Below are positions 1 to 8,307 of a DNA stretch of 45,909 nucleotides, piece after piece. Position 1 is the first letter of the stretch, and each line of letters begins with the position of its first letter. Location: the NCBI GenBank assembly GCA_964426815.1, contig CAYRRZ010000001.1:6152-52060 (forward strand), written 5' to 3'. The DNA is from an uncultured Gammaproteobacteria bacterium. Its GTDB lineage: Bacteria > Patescibacteriota > Patescibacteriia > 2-12-FULL-60-25. The translations under genes were made by a program, and so were the position numbers. The notes beneath the pieces are model-generated. The model did no database searches. It was not told the origin of the DNA and saw only the letters and a program-made list of their open reading frames with translations.

Positions 1-675
1 TGGCAAACCGGCTCTGAGAGAACGAAGCTTTATCGAGGGGTCATGCGGCCCGAGAGCTTCTGACTGAACATGGGGCGTCTGGTATCTAATCGGACGCCTT
101 ATTTCTTTCGTTAACGCCCGTTTTAGGCGTTGAAGTTGTGGTCTCTTTCCTTTTCACCACTGACTTCACCAGCTTCAGGCTGGGACCGGCTAGTGTTCAG
201 GCCGGCCTTTTCCGCAGAAGTTGAGAGACCTGCTCGTCGCGGCGCCAGACGCGCCCTAACCCGAACGGACGAGGAGGTTTCAGACTTCTTGACCTAAAGT
301 GACTCCCTTCTTGAGTCCTGATTTCGCGGCGGATTCGACTCTAGAAATCGCCACATGGTATCCATCCCTGCTCTTGTGGGTTCTCAGGCCGAGGAGGACC
401 TCGTTTGCCGGAGGGGTTTTACCGAGGCCATATATAGACCAATCGGTAGCCGTTAGGCATCCACGCCAACAGTCCATGCAGACCGCACAGAAGGAGGTAT
501 CGCGGGATAGCGCGATGACCCGTTTTTTGTGCAGATTCGCCACTTCTTTTTACCGCCAGAGAACGACTCTGTCGGCTGAACCCACTCGAATTAATTCGAG
601 CGAGAACGTTGGCAAACCGCGGACGAGGGCCTTCGTACTGACAGGCATGTCTCGACCGATGCTTACCTTGATACC
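1..675. ncRNA. Unclassified GC-rich, hairpin-dense non-coding region; candidate structured RNA, family and strand not assignable by eye
   Basis: No credible ORF: only two mutually overlapping Arg/Pro/Ser-rich ORFs, 280..543- and 299..778+. Spot GC counts are 58% (1..60 and 241..300) versus 48% and 33% in two lines of the adjacent CDS (781..840, 1561..1620). Perfect local hairpins at 74..98, 113..131, 169..183, 241..255, 301..317, 390..403, 499..516 and 585..600. Bounded 3' by the terminator at 676..712. May continue upstream of the window edge. Confidence 0.3.
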
Positions 676-712
676 AAAAAACCCCAAACCTGTCAATAGT
701 CTGGGGTTTTGG
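676..712 (-). terminator. Rho-independent terminator hairpin with bidirectional geometry (A-tract / stem / T-tract)
   Basis: AAAACCCCA (678..686) pairs perfectly with TGGGGTTTT (702..710) around a 15-nt loop. On the minus strand the GC core is followed by a T6 run and lies about 20 nt after the stop of CDS 730..1746. On the plus strand it is followed by TTTTGGCTTATTTT, so it could also end a plus-strand RNA from 1..675. Confidence 0.7.
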
Positions 713-729
713 CTTATTTTGGTCCCGAA

Positions 730-1746
730 TTACGTTCCGAATTTGAAGCCCAACAGGCTCTTGTGTGCAATTGTATAGTCGATTGTGCGCTTAAGACCTT
801 CGTCGAGGCGAACGAGCGGTAACCACCCTAATTTATCTTTTGCCTTGGTGATATCTGGAAGACCAAGCTGGGACATGAAAAGCAATGGTGGTTCAAAGGT
901 GATACGCGAAGTTGAGCCGGTCATCTCGATAATGCGCTGCGCAACTTCGACCAGAGGCAAATCTAAATCGCTCCCAAAATTAACTGGGCCGATATCGGCT
1001 GGCGCCGCCATGAGCTTGGTCATGCCATCAACGACATCGGAAACATAGATGAGCGAGGTACGAAATGTTTCGTCGCCATAAATAGCGAGCTCCTTTGCAT
1101 CGAGTGCATTGGTAATAAAATCCGGGATCATTTGGCCATCAAATAATGGCATCCGTGGTCCATAGGTGCGAAAGATGCGAGCGATCTTTACCTCGATGCC
1201 ATAGACCTGAGCGTAAGTTTCGCACATGGTCTCCGCATAGCGTTTACCTTCGTCATAACACGCACGTGGCGAAAGATTGTTTACCATGCCGATATACTCT
1301 TCTTTATACGGCTGATTGTCGGCTGGACGTGGCCCATAGACAACCGAGGCGGAGGCGAACAAAAACTTTGAGCGATACTTCACGGCGACATCGAGCGCAT
1401 TCTTGGTTGCTTGTGAATTTGCTAGCAAGGTTTGAATTTTGTATTGGTCAAATTTCTTTGGACTGGTTGGGCAGGCCAAATGATAGACCTCGTGCAAGCC
1501 ATCAAATTTGACGCGAAAACGCGCCAGCTCAGGATAGGCTTCTGGATCAAAAGGCGTATTAAAATCGTGACGAATGAATTCAAAATCTGAATTCTTGAGA
1601 AGATGGTCAATATTCGACTCTTGCGAAGTCACAAAATTATCGACACAAATCACACGATACTTTTCGAGCAAGCGTTCACACAGAAATGAGCCAATGAAGC
1701 CTGCGCCACCGGTCACGAGTACATTTTTCTTTTGGCCATTTTCCAT
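730..1746 (-). CDS. UDP-glucuronate decarboxylase (UXS/ArnA-type)-like extended SDR, paralog 1, non-canonical active-site block
   Basis: 338-aa ORF. Rossmann motif [19 protein letters not shown] (YxxxK) and IARIFRTYGPRM blocks are typical of the UXS family. However, ASASVVYG replaces the canonical STSEVYG, and there is an extra segment between HD and VYHLACP. Confidence 0.75.
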   Translation of the reverse strand: MENGQKKNVLVTGGAGFIGSFLCERLLEKYRVICVDNFVTSQESNIDHLLKNSDFEFIRHDFNTPFDPEAYPELARFRVKFDGLHEVYHLACPTSPKKFDQYKIQTLLANSQATKNALDVAVKYRSKFLFASASVVYGPRPADNQPYKEEYIGMVNNLSPRACYDEGKRYAETMCETYAQVYGIEVKIARIFRTYGPRMPLFDGQMIPDFITNALDAKELAIYGDETFRTSLIYVSDVVDGMTKLMAAPADIGPVNFGSDLDLPLVEVAQRIIEMTGSTSRITFEPPLLFMSQLGLPDITKAKDKLGWLPLVRLDEGLKRTIDYTIAHKSLLGFKFGT

Positions 1747-1756
1747 AGTGTTTGGG

Positions 1757-2770
1757 TTAGAATGAAATCAAGTGTCGATGTGACTGCGTATAATCAATCA
1801 TTTTTTTCAAACCATCTTCAAGACGCACCAATGGGACCCAGCCAAGAATCTCTCGAGCACGAGTGGTGTCTGGCAAACCGGCTTCCGTCACATGATTATA
1901 TGGCGCTTCAAAACGAACCCGTGAGGATGAACCGGTTAATTCAAGAATGCGCTGTGCAACCGTAACTAATCGAATCTCCGCGTCTGAGCCAAGATTCAAC
2001 AAGGTGATATCGATTGGCGTTGTCATGAGACGAACCAGGCCGTCTACGATATCGGTCACATAGCTAAGCGAGGTACGTGTTTCTTCATCACCCGCAATCG
2101 TAATATCGCGACCATCGAGGGCAGACAACACCATGTCTGGAATTAAATTTCCATCAAAAATTTTCATGCGCGAACCATAGGTGCGAAAAATACGCGCGAT
2201 CTTTACATCTAAATTGTAGACATCGGCATAGGTCTGCAAAATAGCTTCAGAAAAACGCTTGCCTTCATCATATGCCCCACGCGAGGTCAGATGATCGATA
2301 TGACATTCATCCATTTCGGAATAATAGAGCTTGCCTGGTTGGCGTGGCCCATACAGCACACTGGATGAAGCGTATAAAATCTTCGACTTGTGCTTGACGG
2401 CAATATCTAAAACATTTTTAACCCCAACTGAATTGGTTAAAACCGTCGCGATTTTATAATCATCAAAATGTCGCTTCGAAATCGGACAGGCGAGGTGATA
2501 AATTTCTTGAATGCCTTGAAAACGAATTTTAAAACGCTCGAGTTCAGAATGAGCATCCAAATTTAATGGATTGATAATGTCGTGATTAATGAACTCAAAA
2601 TTTGGATCTTGTAAAAGATGATCAATATTCGAAACCGAACTTGTCAAAAAATTATCCACGCAGATCACATGCGCATCTCGCACTAAGCGCTCGCACAGAT
2701 GAGACCCGATAAAGCCGGCGCCGCCGGTAACGAGCACATTACGTCTTTCAAAAATAGGACGGTCTTGCAT
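1757..2770 (-). CDS. UDP-glucuronate decarboxylase (UXS/ArnA-type)-like extended SDR, paralog 2
   Basis: 337-aa ORF, roughly half identical by eye to the neighbouring paralog. Motifs: [31 protein letters not shown]. Has ASSSVLYG instead of STSEVYG and the same inserted segment. Confidence 0.75.
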   Translation of the reverse strand: MQDRPIFERRNVLVTGGAGFIGSHLCERLVRDAHVICVDNFLTSSVSNIDHLLQDPNFEFINHDIINPLNLDAHSELERFKIRFQGIQEIYHLACPISKRHFDDYKIATVLTNSVGVKNVLDIAVKHKSKILYASSSVLYGPRQPGKLYYSEMDECHIDHLTSRGAYDEGKRFSEAILQTYADVYNLDVKIARIFRTYGSRMKIFDGNLIPDMVLSALDGRDITIAGDEETRTSLSYVTDIVDGLVRLMTTPIDITLLNLGSDAEIRLVTVAQRILELTGSSSRVRFEAPYNHVTEAGLPDTTRAREILGWVPLVRLEDGLKKMIDYTQSHRHLISF

Positions 2771-2801
2771 AGGACTAGTGTAGCACGGAAACCATTCATT
2801 C

Positions 2802-3281
2802 TCAGCTCAAGGTTTGGTCTGGAAGTTCTGGTTTTTTCTTTTTTACAAAACGCCAAGGTTCGTGATGAAAGGTAAAAAGTCGATGCGAGGTAAAGGTAAA
2901 CATCGCGACCAAACCCGTATTCAAGAGAATAACCGCCAGGTCGAATAAATGAAGAATATCGTGCCCAATCCAAAAAAATACATTATTTAAACCGGTCGCG
3001 ATCACGGCTACGGTCGCAAAACGACCAATAGCACCCTGCGCTCCCCTTCCCTGGGCTTGGAAGGTAAGTTTTTTATTGAGGAGAAAATTTATCCAGGTCA
3101 CGATAATAACCACTCCTGCATAGGCAAGCGTTCGATTGGCGTGAGGCCACAGTGTACGCGTCGCTAAGGCATATAAACCCATGGTTAAAGCCAAAGACAA
3201 GATACCCACGCAGATAAATCGAAGTAAACGTGGGAGTTCGGGCTTTAGCCGATTCCAGATTCTAGCGAGGCCAGGATTCAT
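2802..3281 (-). CDS. GtrA-family small membrane protein (polyprenyl-phosphate-sugar handling)
   Basis: 159 aa with about four hydrophobic helices and an N-terminal LLRFICVGILSLALTMGLYAL segment typical of GtrA-like proteins. Basic KKKK C-terminus. Overlaps the protease stop by 20 nt. Confidence 0.6.
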   Translation of the reverse strand: MNPGLARIWNRLKPELPRLLRFICVGILSLALTMGLYALATRTLWPHANRTLAYAGVVIIVTWINFLLNKKLTFQAQGRGAQGAIGRFATVAVIATGLNNVFFWIGHDILHLFDLAVILLNTGLVAMFTFTSHRLFTFHHEPWRFVKKKKPELPDQTLS

Positions 3282-5151
3282 AGTAGAGCCAACCCGAGTT
3301 TAATTGCTGACCTTCGGGCACTTGAGTCCAACGCGTAACAGGGATACCGACCGTGCTTGGCGTCAGACCAGAACCATCATTTACCAGAATAAGTTTTCCA
3401 TCTTTTGCTCGTAATTCATAGACCGAACCATTTCCCTTTCGAGCGGCACGACGCAAGCTCCAACCGCCTTGCTTACCCATGGCACTAACTGGACCCTGCG
3501 CCAAAATGCTTCCGCCGCGGCCGATAATGGTCACCTGTCGGTCGGAGCCGCGTGAGGCAATAAGAAATCCAGCACGTGGTCGCGTGACCGACAAAGCTGA
3601 ACTCCCCTGTTGTGCGCGACTGGCAAAAGGCTGAATTTCGAGTGGCTTTGGTTCATTTGCGGAGACGAGCCACATCCGTGGTCCTTTTGCTTCAAGTAAA
3701 AGTAATTCATCTTTTCCATCTGCATCCAAGTCCTGCGAGGCCATGATCAAACCACCTCGAATATCTGAAGCGCCGACGGAGCCCGCCGCGAGTAATACGC
3801 CATCCCAACGATAGACTTTCCATGAACCAGAAGCGTCATCCGCCATGGTCACGGCAATATCTGGCAATTGAGACAGTTGCCAATGCAAAAAGCCGGCGCG
3901 AACTTGGCTCCGGGACTCTGACCCAAGGTCTAGATATTGAATTGCATCCCCGGTATTCGATAAAACTCGAACCATGGCACGCTTGCCGCCGGCAGATCCT
4001 TCAAGAAAAAAGGGACCACGCACGGCTTTTTCAGCATCCGAAGTCGCAACCGCTGCCTTTGCATTAATAAGACCGGTTCCCATTTTTCCATTAAAGGCTG
4101 GATTCGTTTCATTGACCGTGGTTGCGGTTTGGCGGATATGCTGTGCGATGTCTTCTGCCGTCCAATCTGGATGCAGCGACTTTATCAATGCAGCCAAGCC
4201 AGCCACGAGCGGAGCAGCGACCGATGTACCCGATAAACCGCCGCGATACCCCGCAGCCGCGAGTTGACGATCCGTATGCGCATAAGTCGGACGTGCTGCA
4301 AATAAATTTTCTCCAGGCGCAGAAACATCAACGCATGACCCATAGTTTGCATATTCTGCTTTTTTCCCAGCTTGATTGACCGAGGTTACGCTAATCGAGC
4401 CTCTTCCACCCGCGCCTTTATTGCAGGCAGGAAAACCAGCTGTTTTATCCAAGTCTTCTCCCAGGATCGTGTCGCCATTACCGGCTGCACTCACGATAAG
4501 CACTCCTTGTGAGGTTGCATCATCGATTGCGGCTGATAATACCTGGTCTTTTTCGTAGCCAACAAAACTCAAATTAATGATGTCTGCGCCTTGAGCTACC
4601 GCATAGCGAATAGCCTGAGCAATATCGATATCACTCCCCTCGCCCTGAGCATTCAACACCACCAGCGGCATTATTCGTACATTCCACGCTACACCCGAGA
4701 TCCCAATATCATTATTGCCGCGAGCGCCGATCAATGAAGCGACCACGGTTCCATGAATAAAGGCCTCGTCAATCCCGTCTTTAGAAACAATGGGTCGAAC
4801 ATCCGCACTCTGTTCAACAAAGTTCCAGCCATGCACATCGTCGATGAGCCCATTCTCATCATCGTCTTTTTGATTATTTGGAATTTCAAGTGGATTTGTC
4901 CAAATATTTTGTCGCAAATCCGGGTGATCAATATCAACGCCAGAATCAATGACGGCTACAACGACGTCCGTCGTGCCCGTGGTCTGAGTCCAGGCCTCAG
5001 GCGCGTGAATAGCGTCGAGATGCCATTCCTTATCAAAAAAAGTGTCATTTACTGACACTTGTTCAGCAGACACGGCAGATACGCCAAGCGAGACTTGGAG
5101 AAGAAGCGCGATGCATCCGGCAATCAGGCGCTTGTTTGCCTTTTTTTCCAT
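3262..5151 (-). CDS. Secreted subtilisin-like serine protease (peptidase S8) with C-terminal FG-GAP/VCBS-like region
   Basis: Catalytic triad blocks VAVIDSGVDIDHPDL (Asp), HGTVVASLIG (His) and GTSVAAPLVAGLAAL (Ser). Signal-peptide-like KKANKRLIAGCIALLLQVSLGVSAVSA. DLDADGKDELLLL repeat-like motif in the C-terminal ~250 aa. Start placed at Met17 (5151) of ORF 3262..5199. Confidence 0.85.
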   Translation of the reverse strand: MEKKANKRLIAGCIALLLQVSLGVSAVSAEQVSVNDTFFDKEWHLDAIHAPEAWTQTTGTTDVVVAVIDSGVDIDHPDLRQNIWTNPLEIPNNQKDDDENGLIDDVHGWNFVEQSADVRPIVSKDGIDEAFIHGTVVASLIGARGNNDIGISGVAWNVRIMPLVVLNAQGEGSDIDIAQAIRYAVAQGADIINLSFVGYEKDQVLSAAIDDATSQGVLIVSAAGNGDTILGEDLDKTAGFPACNKGAGGRGSISVTSVNQAGKKAEYANYGSCVDVSAPGENLFAARPTYAHTDRQLAAAGYRGGLSGTSVAAPLVAGLAALIKSLHPDWTAEDIAQHIRQTATTVNETNPAFNGKMGTGLINAKAAVATSDAEKAVRGPFFLEGSAGGKRAMVRVLSNTGDAIQYLDLGSESRSQVRAGFLHWQLSQLPDIAVTMADDASGSWKVYRWDGVLLAAGSVGASDIRGGLIMASQDLDADGKDELLLLEAKGPRMWLVSANEPKPLEIQPFASRAQQGSSALSVTRPRAGFLIASRGSDRQVTIIGRGGSILAQGPVSAMGKQGGWSLRRAARKGNGSVYELRAKDGKLILVNDGSGLTPSTVGIPVTRWTQVPEGQQLNSGWLYYESWPR

Positions 5152-5219
5152 TGATTTATTGTACCCGACTAGGGCATGGATTGCGACAAATCGCTGCATC
5201 TGGCAAGCTTTATGTCAAT
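5152..5219. promoter_or_regulatory. Divergent intergenic region between the protease operon (-) and the glycosylphosphotransferase gene (+); promoters presumed
   Basis: 68-nt gap left after trimming both ORFs to the Met where recognisable protein sequence begins. No convincing -35/-10 pair identified by eye. Confidence 0.25.
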
Positions 5220-6611
5220 ATGATTCACTTCGGCCTTCGCTTTAAGCGGCTCACCTTGCTCGTGGGCGATTATGCGGTCCTTCAAATCGCTCTGCTCCTG
5301 ACCCTGTGGATTCGCTATGGCGCAATTCACACCTCGGATATAAACCGGCACTTGCTTCCATTTAGCCTGCTCGGACTACTCTGGATTGGTTCTTTTTACG
5401 TGAATGGCTTGTACGACACGTTATTTGCCCGTGATCAGTTTTTGCAGTTTCGTAAATATGTCGAAGCGATGCTCATCAATTTGCTGATTGGGCTCGCCTT
5501 TTTCTACATCATTCCATTCGGTATCGCTCCTCGTACCAATTTGTTTTTGTATGTCGCGATTGCGCTCATGCTGGGATATGCTTGGCGCTTGATACATGCG
5601 CAAAAAGTTGCCCCTTCTCTTTTTCGAAATGCCGTTTTGTATATTGGACATGCGGATGATGCTCGGCGCTTGAAAGACCTTCTTGAGCAAAGTGGCCAAG
5701 GCTATGAGTTAAAGGCGGTCATCGAGACCGCTCCTGGTAGCCGCATCGCTGATGGTTCGGTATTTTGGCATGTGGATGTGATGCAAATCGAACGCATCAT
5801 TCAAGAACAAGCCATTCAAACCATTGTCCTTGGCCATAAACCAGACGACATTCCTGGCTTACGCGATGCCTTGTACAAAACACTTTTCATGTCGGTCAGT
5901 ATCATTGATCGCGCAACGCTTGAAGAGGCGGTGACCGGACGCGTGCCTCTCGAATTTGTGTCTCAGACTTGGTTTTTAGAAAATCTACGTGAAGTTGATA
6001 AGGCTTGGTATGAAGGTGCGAAGCGCGTGTTTGATCTTTTTCTTGCTATTCCATTCGGCTTGATCACCTTGGTGGTTTTTCCATTTGTAGCTCTGGCCAT
6101 TCGCCTATCTTCCCCGGGCCCAATCTTGATTCGACAGACGCGCATCGGGAAAATTGGCCACCCATTCACCCTGTACAAATTTCGTAGCATGCATGCCCTA
6201 TCTGCAGACGGAAGTGCTGAAACAGCTGGTGCCCAATTTACAACCAATGCCAAGACCGACCCACGCCTTTTTCCGATCGGTCGACTCATGCGCCAATTGC
6301 GCATTGATGAATTACCCCAGATTTGGAATGTCTTACGCGGCGATGTTTCTTTTATTGGTCCAAGACCTGAAAGACCAGAGTTTGTGACTCCGCTTATTGA
6401 ACGCATGCCGTTTTATGCCCTGCGTCATTTAACGCGTCCTGGATTAACCGGATGGGCTCAGACGCGCTTCTTAACCCCAACCTCAAGTCTTGAAGACAAT
6501 CTCAAAAAGCTTCAGTACGACTTGTACTATATTCGTCATCGCTCCCTGTTTTTGGATGCGGCCATCTTGCTCAAAACGATTGGTATTGTCCTACGGAGAC
6601 AAGGAACCTAG
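5220..6611 (+). CDS. Polyprenyl-phosphate glycosylphosphotransferase (WbaP/EpsB-like bacterial sugar transferase), initiating enzyme
   Basis: N-terminal TM helices. C-terminal bacterial sugar transferase block: KRVFDLFLAIPFGLITLVVFPFVALAIRLSSPGPILIRQTRIGK...FTLYKFRSM...DPRLFPIGRLMRQLRIDELPQIWNVLRGDVSFIGPRPERPEF...RPGLTGWAQ. Start placed at the ATG at 5220. Confidence 0.85.
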   Translation: MIHFGLRFKRLTLLVGDYAVLQIALLLTLWIRYGAIHTSDINRHLLPFSLLGLLWIGSFYVNGLYDTLFARDQFLQFRKYVEAMLINLLIGLAFFYIIPFGIAPRTNLFLYVAIALMLGYAWRLIHAQKVAPSLFRNAVLYIGHADDARRLKDLLEQSGQGYELKAVIETAPGSRIADGSVFWHVDVMQIERIIQEQAIQTIVLGHKPDDIPGLRDALYKTLFMSVSIIDRATLEEAVTGRVPLEFVSQTWFLENLREVDKAWYEGAKRVFDLFLAIPFGLITLVVFPFVALAIRLSSPGPILIRQTRIGKIGHPFTLYKFRSMHALSADGSAETAGAQFTTNAKTDPRLFPIGRLMRQLRIDELPQIWNVLRGDVSFIGPRPERPEFVTPLIERMPFYALRHLTRPGLTGWAQTRFLTPTSSLEDNLKKLQYDLYYIRHRSLFLDAAILLKTIGIVLRRQGT

Positions 6612-6617
6612 GTCTTA

Positions 6618-7541
6618 TTACTCCTCTTCAACCATGGTGATCCCATGGTTTTTGAGTACCTCACGCAATCCATCTTTAAATGCGACTTTTGGCTCGTAGC
6701 CAATCAATTTTGTCGTCAGACTTAAATCCGCTTGAGAGCGCGGCACGTCCCCTTCGCGGAATGGGAGATGCTGAACCGGACCGCCAAAAAACTTCACTAC
6801 TTGATTAAGCGTGATATTTCCGCCTGCTCCTGCATTGAGCACTTCGCCATGCCCCACATGTGACGATTGCATAGCGAGAACATTTGCTCGCACGACATCT
6901 GACACATGGGTAAAATCGCGCGATGTTTCGCCATCACCAAAAACGGTCAGTGGTTGATTGGCTAATTTTTGTCGAATAAAAAAGGTGAAGACGGGAACAT
7001 AGGCACCAGTATCATTCATGCGCGGACCGTATACATTAAAATATCGTAATGAGACTGTTTCAACGCCAAAATGTTTTGCATATTGCTGACAGAATTTTTC
7101 GCCTGTCAGTTTTTGCAAAGCGTATGGACTGAGCGGATCCGTCGGCATGTCTGGACGCTGCGGTAATTCAGGCTGAATGCCATAGGCTGAAGAAGACGCG
7201 GAATAGACCAATCGCTTTACCTTTGCCAGGCGACACGCTTCTAATACATTCACGGTTCCCATCACATTAATCTTAGTCGATTCGATCGGTTGCTCGATGG
7301 AAAAAGGAACACTTGGACGAGCACCCATATGAAACACGCCATCAACCCCATCAAAAGCCGGACGAATCGCATCCAAATCCGTAAAATCTGCTTCGAACAC
7401 GGTTGCTTGCGGGTTTACATGCTCACGCTTGCCGGTTGTAAAATTATCAATAATAACAACGTGATGACCGAGGCGAATCAACTCATCTGCTAAGTTTGAA
7501 CCAATGAAACCCGCACCGCCGGTGATGAGATAGGTGGACAT
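6618..7541 (-). CDS. NAD-dependent NDP-sugar epimerase/dehydratase (GalE/WbpP-like extended SDR)
   Basis: 307 aa. Motifs: ITGGAGFIGSNL, ASSSSAYG, SPYALQK (YxxxK). Confidence 0.8.
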   Translation of the reverse strand: MSTYLITGGAGFIGSNLADELIRLGHHVVIIDNFTTGKREHVNPQATVFEADFTDLDAIRPAFDGVDGVFHMGARPSVPFSIEQPIESTKINVMGTVNVLEACRLAKVKRLVYSASSSAYGIQPELPQRPDMPTDPLSPYALQKLTGEKFCQQYAKHFGVETVSLRYFNVYGPRMNDTGAYVPVFTFFIRQKLANQPLTVFGDGETSRDFTHVSDVVRANVLAMQSSHVGHGEVLNAGAGGNITLNQVVKFFGGPVQHLPFREGDVPRSQADLSLTTKLIGYEPKVAFKDGLREVLKNHGITMVEEE

Positions 7542-7554
7542 AGCGTAAAATCAG

Positions 7555-8307
7555 TTAAGAAGGCTTGCGCCAGATATAGACACGGTAAGACCAGAACGCT
7601 TTTGGCACAAGTCTTTGGCTTAGCCATTCCCAAAAACGTAAGGCGCTCTCAATCGGCTTCCGATGCTTCATACGGAGCAAGGGCGAAAAATAATGTAGCC
7701 AGATGCGCCAAGCAGATGATGCGGCGACACACTGCACTTCGCCACCAGAAAATAGCTTCCGCATACGCCACTCGGGAATAGAAAAAAGCCCACGCTCTGC
7801 ACTCACGAGTAGTGCAAGTCCACACATGGACGGATTAACGGGATTTGGCTCAATGGCGAACACCGTTCCGCCAGGAGCGGTCACGCGCCACATTTCAGCA
7901 AAAAAGTTTTTTTGCTGTTCGGTATTTTCAAGATGATGAAAAACGTCACGACAATAGACCACATCGAATGAGGCGTCGGCAAGAGAAAGTTTGCATCCAT
8001 CCCCTAGTTTTGCGTCGAACCCTTGCTTCTGTGCAAAGGCGATGGCCTCAGGTGTGATATCAATCCCGGACCAGGCAAATCGATCAGCAGCAATATGCTG
8101 ACGTACATGCATGACATTTAATCCATCGCCACAACCGCTTTCAAGCACACGCACCGGCCCTAGCTGACAACGCCGCTCTAATTCAGCAAACAGGGGCCGT
8201 AAAGGCTCCTGTTCGCGTTCGGCGATGAATGGATCTTTTTGCCAATCCCATCTGCGCTTTCGATCAAAAGCAGCAAAATAAGCTAGCTGATGCGAGAGAT
8301 GTCCCAT
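7555..8307 (-). CDS. Class I SAM-dependent methyltransferase
   Basis: 250 aa. Motif I VLESGCGDGLN. Also VVYCRDVFHHL and APGGTVFAIEPN blocks. Its start codon abuts the upstream stop (TAA-ATG). Confidence 0.75.
   Translation of the reverse strand: MGHLSHQLAYFAAFDRKRRWDWQKDPFIAEREQEPLRPLFAELERRCQLGPVRVLESGCGDGLNVMHVRQHIAADRFAWSGIDITPEAIAFAQKQGFDAKLGDGCKLSLADASFDVVYCRDVFHHLENTEQQKNFFAEMWRVTAPGGTVFAIEPNPVNPSMCGLALLVSAERGLFSIPEWRMRKLFSGGEVQCVAASSAWRIWLHYFSPLLRMKHRKPIESALRFWEWLSQRLVPKAFWSYRVYIWRKPS

Noticed and set aside
218-234. B12-box-like sequence AAGTTGAGAGACCTGCT, with CCACTG at 157..162, suggesting a cobalamin riboswitch
   Set aside because: Only about 13 of 18 positions match the B12-box consensus as I remember it. 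The upstream GGTG..AA..CC and CCCGCCACTG elements are not convincingly present. No plus-strand gene lies downstream for it to regulate.
266-403. Calling a tmRNA (ssrA), possibly circularly permuted, from GGATTCGAC (331..339), CGGACG (266..271) and a PK1-like GCCGAGG..CCTCG hairpin
   Set aside because: The putative T-arm (AGGAGG/CTTCTT) would need three G:U pairs, and its loop TTTCAGA is not a T-loop. The only acceptor-like helix (GACTC/GAGTC, 301..317) has 5 bp, with G:C rather than G3:U70 and no CCA. No Ala-rich tag ORF with a nearby stop was found. It is kept as a hypothesis to test, not as a feature.
271-582. RNase P-like P4 geometry: GAGGAGGTTTCAGAC (271..285) could pair with CTGAACC (576..582), leaving a bulged U, about 300 nt apart
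   Set aside because: The near-invariant bacterial RNase P sequences (GAGGAAAGUCC, GGUAAGGGUGAAA, ACAGAACCCGGCUUA) are absent on both strands. The pairing is short and could easily arise by chance.
280-778. ORFs 280..543 (-) and 299..778 (+) as protein-coding genes
   Set aside because: They overlap each other on opposite strands. They are rich in Arg/Pro/Ser with no recognisable motif. ORF 299..778 runs through the terminator hairpin and into the 3' end of the real CDS at 730..1746. The region is better explained as non-coding structured sequence.
1-1883. Exact 13-mer TGGCAAACCGGCT at 1..13 and 1871..1883, and the 10-mer TGGCAAACCG again at 610..619, as a repeat element
   Set aside because: Tens of chance 13-mer matches are expected in a 46-kb sequence when all pairs on both strands are considered. 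The flanks do not extend the match, and one copy is inside a well-supported CDS.
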